From NCBI RefSeq assembly GCF_001748365.1, contig NZ_BDHH01000002.1, positions 49,983 to 73,982 of the forward strand: DNA of 24,000 nt, read 5' to 3'. Positions 9,800 through 17,376 of the stretch are shown here, one piece after another (position 1 is the stretch's first letter; each line of letters starts with the position of its first letter). This stretch comes from Fusibacter sp. 3D3 (GTDB lineage: Bacteria > Bacillota > Clostridia > Peptostreptococcales > Acidaminobacteraceae). The position numbers and the translations under genes are program-made. The notes beneath the pieces were generated by a model that did not search any database, was not told where the DNA came from, and saw only the letters and a list, made by a program, of their open reading frames with translations.

Positions 9800-10882
9800 T
9801 TGAATTCAATCGTTATAGGGATCATTCTTTTTACAGTAAGCTACATAGGCTATCGTTTGTTTAATTTAATTCATTTTCCTGCAAGTCGACTTGTCGGACC
9901 TATTTTTGCAGTTGCGCTCATGCAAGCTTTTGGCTTATCCATAGAAATTCCAAGCTTTTTTAAAATGGCTTTTTCAGTGATCTTCGGTATTTATTTAGGG
10001 CTTCGTTTTGATAAAAGTGCACAAAAAAGACTCCTCAAAGCGATTGTCCCCGCTCTGGTCCTCTCAGTGTCTTATATTTTCATCACCATGATCTATGGCC
10101 GCATTTTAACTTCTGTAAGCCATATGGATCAAAACACTGCTTTTTTATCGGTTATTCCTGGTGGTGTGGCTGAGGCAGGCGTACTTGCGGTTTCATTTGG
10201 TGCAAATCTTGCCCAAGTTTCATCTTTTCAGCTCGTCAGATATCTTTCAATCGTTTTGGTTATGCCCCTACTTTCAAAATACATCATCGTCCCATTAGTC
10301 AACCGTCATAAAGTGGGTGAAGATCAAATCACAAAAGTAAATTCTTTAGAAAAAGCCGTCGTTTTCGAAAAAAATCCAGATGAAAATCAAATCACCTATT
10401 CTTCTATATGGTTTTTTATAGTCGGCAGTATAGGCTCTTTTCTATTTTACAAAGTCCATTTTCCAGCGGCATTACTGCTAGGGGCCACGGTCTTCGTCGC
10501 TGCTTTGCAAACTCTAGCACCTGTACATTTTAAACTGCCCAATGTGAAATATTACGAATGGGCACAGATCGGGATGGGGGCCATCATTGGCACGAGCTTT
10601 ACAAAAGAGAGTTTTATCGAAATGGGCACGCTCGTTGTACCAATGCTCATGATGACTTTTTTAATCGTGACCACCAGTATCTTTCTTGGTTTTGTCTTTT
10701 CAAAGCTTTTTAAAATGGACTATATGACTGGTTTGATGAGTGTCCTTCCAGGTGGTATTTCAACGATGATTGTTTTAGCCGAAGATTTGGATGCCGATGT
10801 GGTTACCATCAGCACATTACAATTGGCACGGCTCATCACTGCAGTTGCAATTATCCCTATTCTCTATCAATGGTTGCTTTGA
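9800..10882 (+). CDS. AbrB-duplication family integral membrane protein (COG3180-like; often mis-annotated as ammonia monooxygenase or AbrB regulator)
   Basis: Track ORF of 360 aa with a TTG start and GGAGG 7 nt upstream. It has two homologous polytopic halves, each with a (V/I)PGG...E motif (VIPGGVAEAGVLA / VLPGGISTMIVLAEDL). Confidence 0.6.
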   Translation: MNSIVIGIILFTVSYIGYRLFNLIHFPASRLVGPIFAVALMQAFGLSIEIPSFFKMAFSVIFGIYLGLRFDKSAQKRLLKAIVPALVLSVSYIFITMIYGRILTSVSHMDQNTAFLSVIPGGVAEAGVLAVSFGANLAQVSSFQLVRYLSIVLVMPLLSKYIIVPLVNRHKVGEDQITKVNSLEKAVVFEKNPDENQITYSSIWFFIVGSIGSFLFYKVHFPAALLLGATVFVAALQTLAPVHFKLPNVKYYEWAQIGMGAIIGTSFTKESFIEMGTLVVPMLMMTFLIVTTSIFLGFVFSKLFKMDYMTGLMSVLPGGISTMIVLAEDLDADVVTISTLQLARLITAVAIIPILYQWLL

Positions 10883-10971
10883 TAGCAAATCCATTAAAGG
10901 GATTCAGGATCCTATTGCTTTGCCAGATGCCACTCTGTTTGTCGGTTTAAAAAAATATTTAAAATCAAGGC

Positions 10972-11002
10972 TTGACTCTCCTTTTACAGGAGGCCTTAAA
11001 CT
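10972..11002 (+). promoter_or_regulatory. MerR-type promoter with 19-bp spacer and internal operator dyad
   Basis: TTGACT (10972..10977), a 19-nt spacer CTCCTTTTACAGGAGGCCT containing the dyad CTCC-N7-GGAG, then TAAACT (10997..11002). From memory it resembles the B. subtilis bmr/BmrR promoter layout. Confidence 0.65.
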
Positions 11003-11046
11003 AAGGTTGAGGGTGCACACTCAGTCAGTATAGGAGGTCGTTAAAT

Positions 11047-11718
11047 ATGTATAGAATCGGCGAATTTTCAAAGGTCAATTCAGTTTCAATCAAGACTCTT
11101 CATTATTACGATGAGCTCGGTTTACTCACGCCCATAAAAGTGGATAAAAGTACAGGATACCGCTATTATGGCGCCGAACAAATATTGAAGCTCAATCAAA
11201 TTCTTGCGTTTAAGGAAGCAGGATGTTCGCTTACTGAAATTCTGGAAATTTTAAAGGGTGACAAACCCAATAAAGAAATCATCCGAATCTTAGAAGATAA
11301 GGCCGATGGTGTAGATGAAGCGCTTCGCACAGAGCAAGAGCGTATTCAACGCCTCCGAACCAATATTTTTTTACTTAAAAACGGAGGCATTCCCATGGAA
11401 AATAACGTTACAATCAAAATAATTGAACCTATTTTAGTCGCAGCACTTTCTAAAAAGATCTATGCTTTTGATGATATGGGCCCACTTTGGGAAACGCTCA
11501 ATCATGAGATTGATCTTAAAAAAGGCAAAAAATCGCTGCCTTGTATGACGCTTTACCACGATGGCTTTGATGCAAGTAAGGGCATTACTGTGGAGGTGAT
11601 TGAACCGCTTTCAAAACCCATTGAAGGTACAAATGCAATGAAGGTTTATGAGCTTCCAGCGCATTCAAAAGTGGCATGTATCGTTCACATTGGTTCTTTC
11701 GATACCATAAACCTATAG
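11047..11718 (+). CDS. MerR-family regulator with GyrI-like effector-binding domain (BmrR/Mta-like); reading frame broken near the 3' end, continuing in another frame to 11851
   Basis: Track ORF of 223 aa. It has an N-terminal MerR HTH (MYRIGEFSKVNSVSIKTLHYYDELGLL.P...GYRYY), a coiled-coil linker and a GyrI-like domain. After the TAG at 11716..11718, the next frame reads YSIIQNWIKENQYELDGPVREIYHKG...EYVTEIQYLLK*, which is the expected C-terminus of a GyrI-like domain. Confidence 0.75.
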   Translation: MYRIGEFSKVNSVSIKTLHYYDELGLLTPIKVDKSTGYRYYGAEQILKLNQILAFKEAGCSLTEILEILKGDKPNKEIIRILEDKADGVDEALRTEQERIQRLRTNIFLLKNGGIPMENNVTIKIIEPILVAALSKKIYAFDDMGPLWETLNHEIDLKKGKKSLPCMTLYHDGFDASKGITVEVIEPLSKPIEGTNAMKVYELPAHSKVACIVHIGSFDTINL

Positions 11719-11850
11719 TATCATCCAAAACTGGATTAAAGAAAACCAGTATGAACTCGATGGCCCTGTGAGAGAAATATACCACAAGGGCGATTGGATT
11801 ACTGAAAATCCAGATGAATATGTGACGGAGATTCAGTATTTGTTAAAATA

Positions 11851-11952
11851 GTTAAAGTATCCAAAGTCAAAATGTTGGACAACCCACTCCCCTATGATGC
11901 GTTTATGAAAAGTACGCGATACAGAATTAGGAAGCGGGTTCGTTCGAAACTG
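11851..11952. other. Conserved noncoding element, diverged copy A (related to 23727..23846)
   Basis: By-eye alignment with 23736..23828 shows shared blocks: GTCAAA, CAACC, CCTATGATG(N)CGTTTA, AAA(G)TACGC(G/A)ATACAG and GGGTTCGT(T/G)CGAAACTG. An indel shifts the frame between copies, so conservation is at nucleotide level. It is followed by hairpin CTGCTGAC (11954..11961) / GTCAGCAG (11988..11995) and a T-run at 12009..12020. Confidence 0.5.
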
Positions 11953-12062
11953 GCTGCTGACCTATAGGCCATTGGAATGTGCCATGTGTCAGCAGGTTAT
12001 AAGCAGCTTGTTTTTGTTTTAAAAAAGTGTTCCTATCCATCAGTGGTTTTTTTAACAATAAA

Positions 12063-12086
12063 AAACCTCTCATATGTGAGAGGTTT
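12063..12086. terminator. Bidirectional intrinsic terminator hairpin
   Basis: AAACCTCTCA-tatg-TGAGAGGTTT is a perfect 10-bp stem. An A-run lies upstream (a T-run on the minus strand, downstream of the 12212..12667 gene) and AAATTT lies downstream. Confidence 0.7.
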
Positions 12087-12211
12087 AAATTTCTAATAGA
12101 TTAATTGGTAGGATGGCACTCCTACATCTCTTTAAAGACCAACAAGTGGCGTGGCAGCTACCCTTTCTGCCCTCAACTAATCTACTTTATATTGTTACTT
12201 ATATTATAACT

Positions 12212-12667
12212 CTAAAATACCTCTTCGTCAATACTTTTCTTACTATCGTACTCGTCATAAATATCTTCAACAGAAACCCAACGACCTGAATTCATCCTGT
12301 TTTTAAGCTTTGATTCACTAATTGGATATAAACTCCTAAAAATTAACTGTCCTGAATTGGATATTCTTACAGCAACCATAGAAAAAGAATTTATTTTCTT
12401 AACAAATTCAATCCCACTCCCATCAGGGTTGATTCCAACATAATCAGGATTATTAACAATATCAGGTATTGATCTTATATTAAGCAAATAATCTTCATGT
12501 GAACTATATTCTTCCCTATGTTTTTCGATATATTCCAATCTGTCTTTCCACATAATGATTTCATCATCTAAATCTTCAAGCTGAAATTTTTTAACAATAG
12601 GCAATGGAACTCTTCCCAAGATTACCTTGCTTTCGCCACTTTTCAAGCGATCGATAACTGTGTTCAT
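12212..12667 (-). CDS. Hypothetical protein, possibly a PBECR-like (Barnase/EndoU/ColicinE5-D/RelE fold) nuclease domain protein
   Basis: The track ORF runs to 12685 (GTG). I prefer the ATG at 12667 (MNTVIDRLKSG). The pattern I..W.DRLEYIEKHREEY ... IPDIVNNPDYVG ... VAVRIS.....IFRSLYPI recalls phage/plasmid PBECR-type proteins. This is assigned from memory only. Confidence 0.35.
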   Translation of the reverse strand: MNTVIDRLKSGESKVILGRVPLPIVKKFQLEDLDDEIIMWKDRLEYIEKHREEYSSHEDYLLNIRSIPDIVNNPDYVGINPDGSGIEFVKKINSFSMVAVRISNSGQLIFRSLYPISESKLKNRMNSGRWVSVEDIYDEYDSKKSIDEEVF

Positions 12668-12785
12668 ATAAACAACCACTTCCACATGTTTATTACCATA
12701 ATTAGTATTATATCATCGTCAAGGTAAAAAGTCCATTAAACAATATTTGCAATTCCCCCCACAACCCGCCCTAAGTTGTCTGTTC

Positions 12786-13061
12786 TTTTAAAACCTTTAT
12801 CCGTATTCCGATGAAAAATTGTGATGATCCTTGATCATTCAAAGATTCAGTATGCAGATAGGCTGACTTTAATGTACGTCCCTCCTTACAGACCACAATT
12901 GAATTTAATCGAGGGACTCTGGGGGATGGTTAAAAATCGACACGATCAACAATGCTTTTTTTCCAACGGTTCAAGCAATAAAATTAGTTGTTATAGCGTT
13001 TATTAAGCGTGTGAATACAACTCAAGAAGCAGTAATTCAAAGATTGTGCTTTAAATTGTAA
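12786..13061 (+). pseudogene. IS630-family transposase, C-terminal fragment with frameshifts
   Basis: Track ORF 12821..13006 reads MILDHSKIQ...LMYVPPYRPQLNLIEGLWGMVK, i.e. the ILDNA..H ... LPPYSP.LNPIE.LW DDE block of IS630 transposases. Homology continues out of frame on both sides, and there is no N-terminal half. Confidence 0.7.
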
Positions 13062-13074
13062 TAACACTATCACG

Positions 13075-13547
13075 ATTCATATAGATGCTTTCTTTGCATG
13101 GATAAAAATCAAACGTGATGAAGTGCCTTCTCAATCTGAAACGGGAAAAGGATTTACCTATTGTATTAATCAAGAAAAATACTTGCGAACATTCCTTGAA
13201 CATGCAGATTTGCCTCTAGATAACAACGCAACTGAATCTGCCATCAGAGGTTTCTGTATTGGCAAGAAAAACTGGGTCCTCATAGATACAGTTGAAGGTG
13301 CAAAAGCAAGCGCAATCATCTATAGCATTGCTGAAACAGCAAAAGCGAACAATTTAAAACCTTATCAATATTTTAGATATTTACTTGAAGAGATCCCTAA
13401 ACATATGGAAGACAAGACTTTAACTTTCTTAGATAACTTGCTCCCTTGGAGTGAAAATCTTCCGGATGAATGTAAAAAATTGAATCAAATATAACTGCTG
13501 TTTCAGGGCAGTTTTTTTTACATAGGTACTCATGGTTTACCGTTTAC
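13075..13547 (+). pseudogene. IS66-family transposase C-terminal fragment plus right terminal repeat
   Basis: Track ORF 13123..13494, open upstream to about 13081: FAWIKIKRDEVPSQSETGKGFTYCINQEKYLRTFLEHADLPLDNNATESAIRGFCIGKKNWVLIDTVEGAKASAIIYSIAETAKANNLKPYQY. This is the conserved IS66 C-terminal region. TGGTTTACCGTTTAC at 13533..13547 looks like the GTAAAC-type IS66 end. The N-terminal ~350 aa are missing. Confidence 0.75.
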
Positions 13548-13638
13548 TAATTTCCCATTATATAGTCTCCGTTTTGAGGTCTAATTGTTTTCAAACCGCT
13601 ATATTGTCCCAATATCAATAATGTAAGTATATCTCTTT

Positions 13639-13923
13639 TTAGCCATTATATCCATAAAAAGTATATATTATATAATTTAAAGTATTTTTCACAATATATT
13701 CAATTGAATCACAAACTGCATATGTGTAAGTTTGAACATCGCTTAAGCCAAGACTTGCTCCTGCTGAAATTGAACCGAATCCAGGGATAAGACTTATCGC
13801 ACTCAGAATAGTTGCTTGTACAGCTTGATCATCTCTGGCTTCTTTGAATTTTTGTTCTACAAATTCTAAATCTGCAATATGCTAATCTAAATTGTGAATA
13901 GTTTTTGTTACTGTTGCACTCAT
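13639..13923 (-). pseudogene. Small ORF (94 codons) interrupted by an in-frame TAG at codon 14
   Basis: ATG at 13923 with GGAG 9 nt upstream. Translation: MSATVTKTIHNLD-TAG(13884..13882)-HIADLEFVEQKFKEARDDQAVQATILSAISLIPGFGSISAGASLGLSDVQ...-TAA(13641..13639). There is no alternative start after the TAG. Confidence 0.4.
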
Positions 13924-14320
13924 AAATAAGCTCCGTATTTTTAATATTATAATTTGATCGATCTATTATTAATAACTTTTTCTGAGTAAAAAAGTAAACG
14001 CTCTAAAAAAAATTAGGCTAAATTTCCTTAAATACAAATTATCACTGAATTGTAATTGTAAATATCCCTACAAACAGGGTATCTAAAGAAGTAATTGCAT
14101 CATAACTTCAAATATACAAATACATATTAAGCACAACAAAGTTGAGGTTAAGTCAGTTGATAGCATCTCACCCGTACGAGAGAATAGTGTAGGATCATTA
14201 ATCTCGTTCAAGTAAATACTATGAAGTAACTGAAAAAAATCAACTGAACTCAAATTTGAGCGTAAAAAGGTAATGATTTTGATTGATAAATATAAAATAA
14301 TTAAGTTGAATGATTAGTAA

Positions 14321-14442
14321 ATAACGGTGTTAGACACTTTTTGGGGAAGCAACTTCCCTTGGCCTTTACTGTATCTGTTCATTTTGATGCATTTGTTCTG
14401 TCAAATTAGGCGTTACTTCCGTTTGGGGTATCCTACACCTTT
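14321..14442. mobile_element. MITE-like inverted-repeat element, copy 1
   Basis: ATAACGGTGTTAGACACTTTTTGGGGAAGCAAC ... GTTACTTCCGTTTGGGGTATCCTACACC. The terminal inverted repeats are GGTGTC(A/G)GA(C/T)AC and GGAAG(C/T)AAC. It is homologous to the copies at 17210, 19510 and 23444. Confidence 0.75.
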
Positions 14443-14604
14443 TTTAGGAATCTTTAATTGATATAAATCAAAATGAATTACCTGTTGCCCTAATTTGAAA
14501 AATTCGTTATAATAATTATGCAATTTTTGTGTTTTTTCTACGAATGCCACAAGACAAAGTGCAATGAGATTAAGGTGGTGTCGCGACCATCTTTTTTAGT
14601 ACAA

Positions 14605-14646
14605 AAATCCTCCTACTATGTTTATTCGACATTGATAGGAGGATTT
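14605..14646. terminator. Intrinsic terminator downstream of the 208-aa gene
   Basis: AAATCCTCCTA (14605..14615) pairs with TAGGAGGATTT (14636..14646) in a perfect 11-bp stem. T-rich tracts flank it on both strands. Confidence 0.65.
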
Positions 14647-14717
14647 CCTTTTTGAATTTTAAATTTTTTTATTTTTTTGGCTATCTATTTCCCGACAGCC
14701 CCACATCCCCCCAAGGG

Positions 14718-15344
14718 TTATATTGCTATAGCTGCCATATCGCCATACAATAATTGGAGTTTTATCAAAAATACATTAAAAGCAATAAAAGTTCCTATTG
14801 TTGCCGCGACTGCCGCACCAAATGGAGTAATTGTAAATCCAGCTGCGTAGGTTAGAATACCTGCTAAAGAGCCTCCAACTGCGCCACCAGCAATAGCAGT
14901 TTCAATGACTTCTAAACCTGCTTTATTACACATCAACATCCATCCAGTTTGTTTAGCAACCACGGTTCCAACGTATGTAAAGCTAATAAAGGCGTCATCA
15001 ATTGTACTTCTAGATAATGAAGTTAGCTTCAAATCGCTTTCAGTAATAAAACTTTTGACTGATACTTTGGAAACACTATTCTTTTGAAGTTCATATTCCT
15101 TTTCCAAATTATTCATTTCCTTCATCAAATTCTCTTGTTCTTGAACACTCATTTTTTTGATAATCGGGGTAAGTGATTCTTCTAATAAAGTACTTTGCTC
15201 TTTGTCAAGACCATTAACTTGTGAAATGCTTTTAACTGCAACTTTAATGACTTTCTGACTTGTATCGTTTGAATTTGCAAAAGAAGAAGTTGATACTGTA
15301 AAAAGCATAATAACGGAAAGTAGTAAAGAAAGTGTTTTTTTCAT
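14718..15344 (-). CDS. Exported hypothetical protein with a C-terminal glycine/alanine-rich hydrophobic (glycine-zipper-like) region
   Basis: Track ORF of 208 aa with GGAGG upstream. It has a signal peptide (MKKTLSLLLSVIMLFTVSTSSFANS), a charged helical middle, and the C-terminus AIAGGAVGGSLAGILTYAAGFTITPFGAAVAATIGTFIAF. I recognise no family. Confidence 0.6.
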   Translation of the reverse strand: MKKTLSLLLSVIMLFTVSTSSFANSNDTSQKVIKVAVKSISQVNGLDKEQSTLLEESLTPIIKKMSVQEQENLMKEMNNLEKEYELQKNSVSKVSVKSFITESDLKLTSLSRSTIDDAFISFTYVGTVVAKQTGWMLMCNKAGLEVIETAIAGGAVGGSLAGILTYAAGFTITPFGAAVAATIGTFIAFNVFLIKLQLLYGDMAAIAI

Positions 15345-15380
15345 TTTGAATCCTCCTCAAATTTTATAAATATTATTTTC

Positions 15381-15408
15381 TTTCAATTATCAATTGATAT
15401 GATATAAT
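15381..15408 (+). promoter_or_regulatory. Sigma-A type promoter with extended -10 and an embedded 12-bp palindrome
   Basis: TTTCAA (15381..15386), a 16-nt spacer, then TGATATAAT (-10 at 15403..15408). The perfect palindrome TATCAATTGATA (15388..15399) lies inside the spacer. Confidence 0.5.
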
Positions 15409-15461
15409 AAAAATAGAAAATAATCAAATATAAATATTTTTTTTGAAAAAGAGGTGTACAT

Positions 15462-15671
15462 ATGAATAAAAGTTTTATTTTTACAAAAGATACCCTTATT
15501 ACAATTGCTATTTTGTGTTTGTTTATTTTGATGGCAATTGATTTTATGCGATTTTTTTTCCCAAAAAAAATTGGGTGTGAAAAAAGAGTCGAAAATTCTA
15601 AATACGGTCTTTTGGTAGAAATTTTATTTTTTGTTTTTTTTATTATTTATCAATTAATAGATCTTTTATAA
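15462..15671 (+). CDS. Small hydrophobic protein (two predicted TM helices)
   Basis: Track ORF of 69 aa with GAGGTG 5 nt upstream of the ATG. It has two hydrophobic stretches (ITIAILCLFILMAI, LLVEILFFVFFIIYQLI) and lies divergent from the 208-aa gene. Confidence 0.45.
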   Translation: MNKSFIFTKDTLITIAILCLFILMAIDFMRFFFPKKIGCEKRVENSKYGLLVEILFFVFFIIYQLIDLL

Positions 15672-15685
15672 TTTTAAAGTCTATC

Positions 15686-16105
15686 ATGCGAAAGAAAATA
15701 ACTACAAGAACAATAAAATGCAGATGTCAAATTTCAATTGTTCTTGATGAAACGTAGTTAGAAGCAGTTCACTTAAGAACAGTGTGCTAAGGCTACTGGT
15801 ATTTGTAATACAGCTGATAATGTCATCACGTTATATTGATGGCGGCAGATAAAACGTCCTTTCTAGAGAGAAGCATCAAATCTGACAATGCTCGGCGAAA
15901 ACTAAATGGTCGTGCTGAAGAAAAACTGATTAAAATTGCACGCGGACCTGCTCCAGATGGACGCTTCGCTTTTTAGAAGACAAAGCAAAAGTTGAACTTG
16001 ATGTCTCAGTGAGCAAGAATACCATCGGAATGGCCTCTAAAAAACGAATTGCGACCTCACAAAAACAACTACTGGCGCATCCCGCGAAAAGAAAATGCCG
16101 CGTAC
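15686..16105 (+). pseudogene. IS630-family transposase, N-terminal fragment with multiple frameshifts and stops
   Basis: Pieces are readable in three frames: AKATGICNTADNVITLY (HTH), LNGRAEEKLIKIARGPAPDGR, TLRFLEDKAKVELDVSVSKNTIGMA and LKNELRPHKNNYWRIP (the LKKNELKPW..WCIP block). It is cut off at 16105 by the IS end TAACGGTGTCAGA. Confidence 0.65.
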
Positions 16106-17209
16106 TAACGGTGTCAGAGAAGGTTCCGAAAAAGTCTAGTAAATTGCCAGCCTAACTTGCCGAATTAATAAATATTCATTTTTCTCTTATTTGTATGATA
16201 AATCTACAAGTCACAAGCAAAATACTTGTTAATAACCGGTCCATTTTTCATAGATTTGGTGCATAACCTCTCTATTTTAACTCGAAAGGGCATACGTATC
16301 CTTAGACTTTTCCAATAGGTTTATAACTCGGATCAAATTAACGGCAATATTTGACAAAGCTACATGTTTTGTTGTAGCTTCAAGACCAATGAACCTCGTT
16401 CTTCTCATCATATGGTTTGTTACACCGGCTGCAAATCTTCTTTCGATTTTAAACCTTCGTTTTTTCGCTTCTTGAAAAGCTTCTGTTTTTACTCGTTCTT
16501 GGTCTTTTAAAATTGCATCAAATCGAGCCTTTGCAACAAATGACTTCGATGTTCCCAGATAAACTTTTTCTTTTTTTCCAAGACATTCATTGCGTTTAGG
16601 ACACTGGCGACAATACTCAGAACTAACTTTATACACACGATTTAACGCATTGCTGCTTAGTTTGAATCCGTCTACAACAACGCCATTTGGACATATAAGT
16701 GTATTCCCATTGTCTTGGAACTGACAATCACTACAGGTATAAGTTTCCTTTTCTTTTTCTGATATTGTATAAAAATCTATGTTACTGGTAATATCTTTAT
16801 CATAAAGATAAGCTCTTATTTCTGTTGTTGCATAACCTTTGTCGGCGCTGACTTCTTTTGGTTTGAGCGCAAATTCTTCTTCGACCTTGGTGACTAGTTT
16901 TGGCAATAGTCTATCATCATTTACATTAAACGGCGTGACTTCATAAGATGGTATTATTTCACTGTCTTCATCAGTGATAATACTATTCTTATAACCTGTT
17001 TTTGCATGACCTGGAGATTTATAAGCAACCCTTGCTTCAGTATCAACGACACTAATTATTCTTCCGCCTTCATCCTCAACTCGTTTTTTACATAGGGCAA
17101 ATGCTTTGGTTAACTTCTCATTATCGGCAAATTCCTCATGGATACACATATATAGCTCATTGAGATGCCTTTTGACAATCTCATTATATTCACCTATGCT
17201 AAATTTTTT
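16106..17209 (-). mobile_element. IS1182/IS5-type insertion sequence remnant, 5'-truncated
   Basis: One terminus, TAACGGTGTCAGAGAAGG, begins at 16106 and shares its tip with the MITE ends. It contains the truncated transposase ORF. The other side is cut by MITE copy 2 at 17210. Confidence 0.6.
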
Positions 17210-17213
17210 ATAA
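16277..17213 (-). pseudogene. DDE transposase (IS1182/IS5-like), N-terminally truncated
   Basis: Track ORF of 290 aa. It has cysteine clusters (CSDCQ...ICPNG, CRQCPKRNEC) and the C-terminal block RRFKIERRFAAGVTNHMMRRTRFIGLEATTKHVALSNIAVNLIRV typical of this transposase type. The frame stays open upstream of the annotated Met (..HRYKKFSIGEYNEIVKRHLNELY) up to the MITE junction, so the N-terminal portion is missing. Confidence 0.7.
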
Positions 17214-17330
17214 CGGTGTCAGACACTTTTTGGGGAAGCAACTCCCTTGAGCTTTACTGTATCCGTTCATTTTGCTACATTTGTTCTGTCAAATTAGGCG
17301 TTACTTCCGTTTGGGGTATCCGACACCTTT
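17210..17330. mobile_element. MITE-like inverted-repeat element, copy 2
   Basis: Identical by eye to copy 4. The GGTGTCAGACAC...GGTATCCGACACC core is at 17215..17327. Confidence 0.8.
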
Positions 17331-17376
17331 TTGGGTTTCTGGTGGTTTACCGTTTACGATTGTCAAGATTTATAGA

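Noticed and set aside
10791-11033. Track ORFs 10791..11033 (plus), 11585..11785 (minus) and 20192..20398 (minus).
   Set aside because: They overlap better-supported genes or a promoter region, and have no RBS and no recognisable domains.
11890-11952. Hammerhead ribozyme in elements A and B, prompted by ATGATG and CGAAAC strings.
   Set aside because: The CUGANGA box is not present (UAUGAUG instead). The required stem II hairpin directly between the boxes cannot be drawn, and the reverse strand lacks the motifs too.
12100-12190. Relatively GC-rich hairpins (GTAGGA..TCCTAC, GGCAG..CTGCC) considered as a tRNA or small-RNA gene.
   Set aside because: No cloverleaf can be drawn. There is no T-loop (GGTTCGAATCC-like) or anticodon arm geometry, and the sequence is not repeated elsewhere in the window.
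13882-13884. In-frame TAG as a pyrrolysine or programmed recoding site.
   Set aside because: There are no pyl genes or recoding signals in the window, and the context is a decaying accessory region. A nonsense mutation is the simpler explanation.
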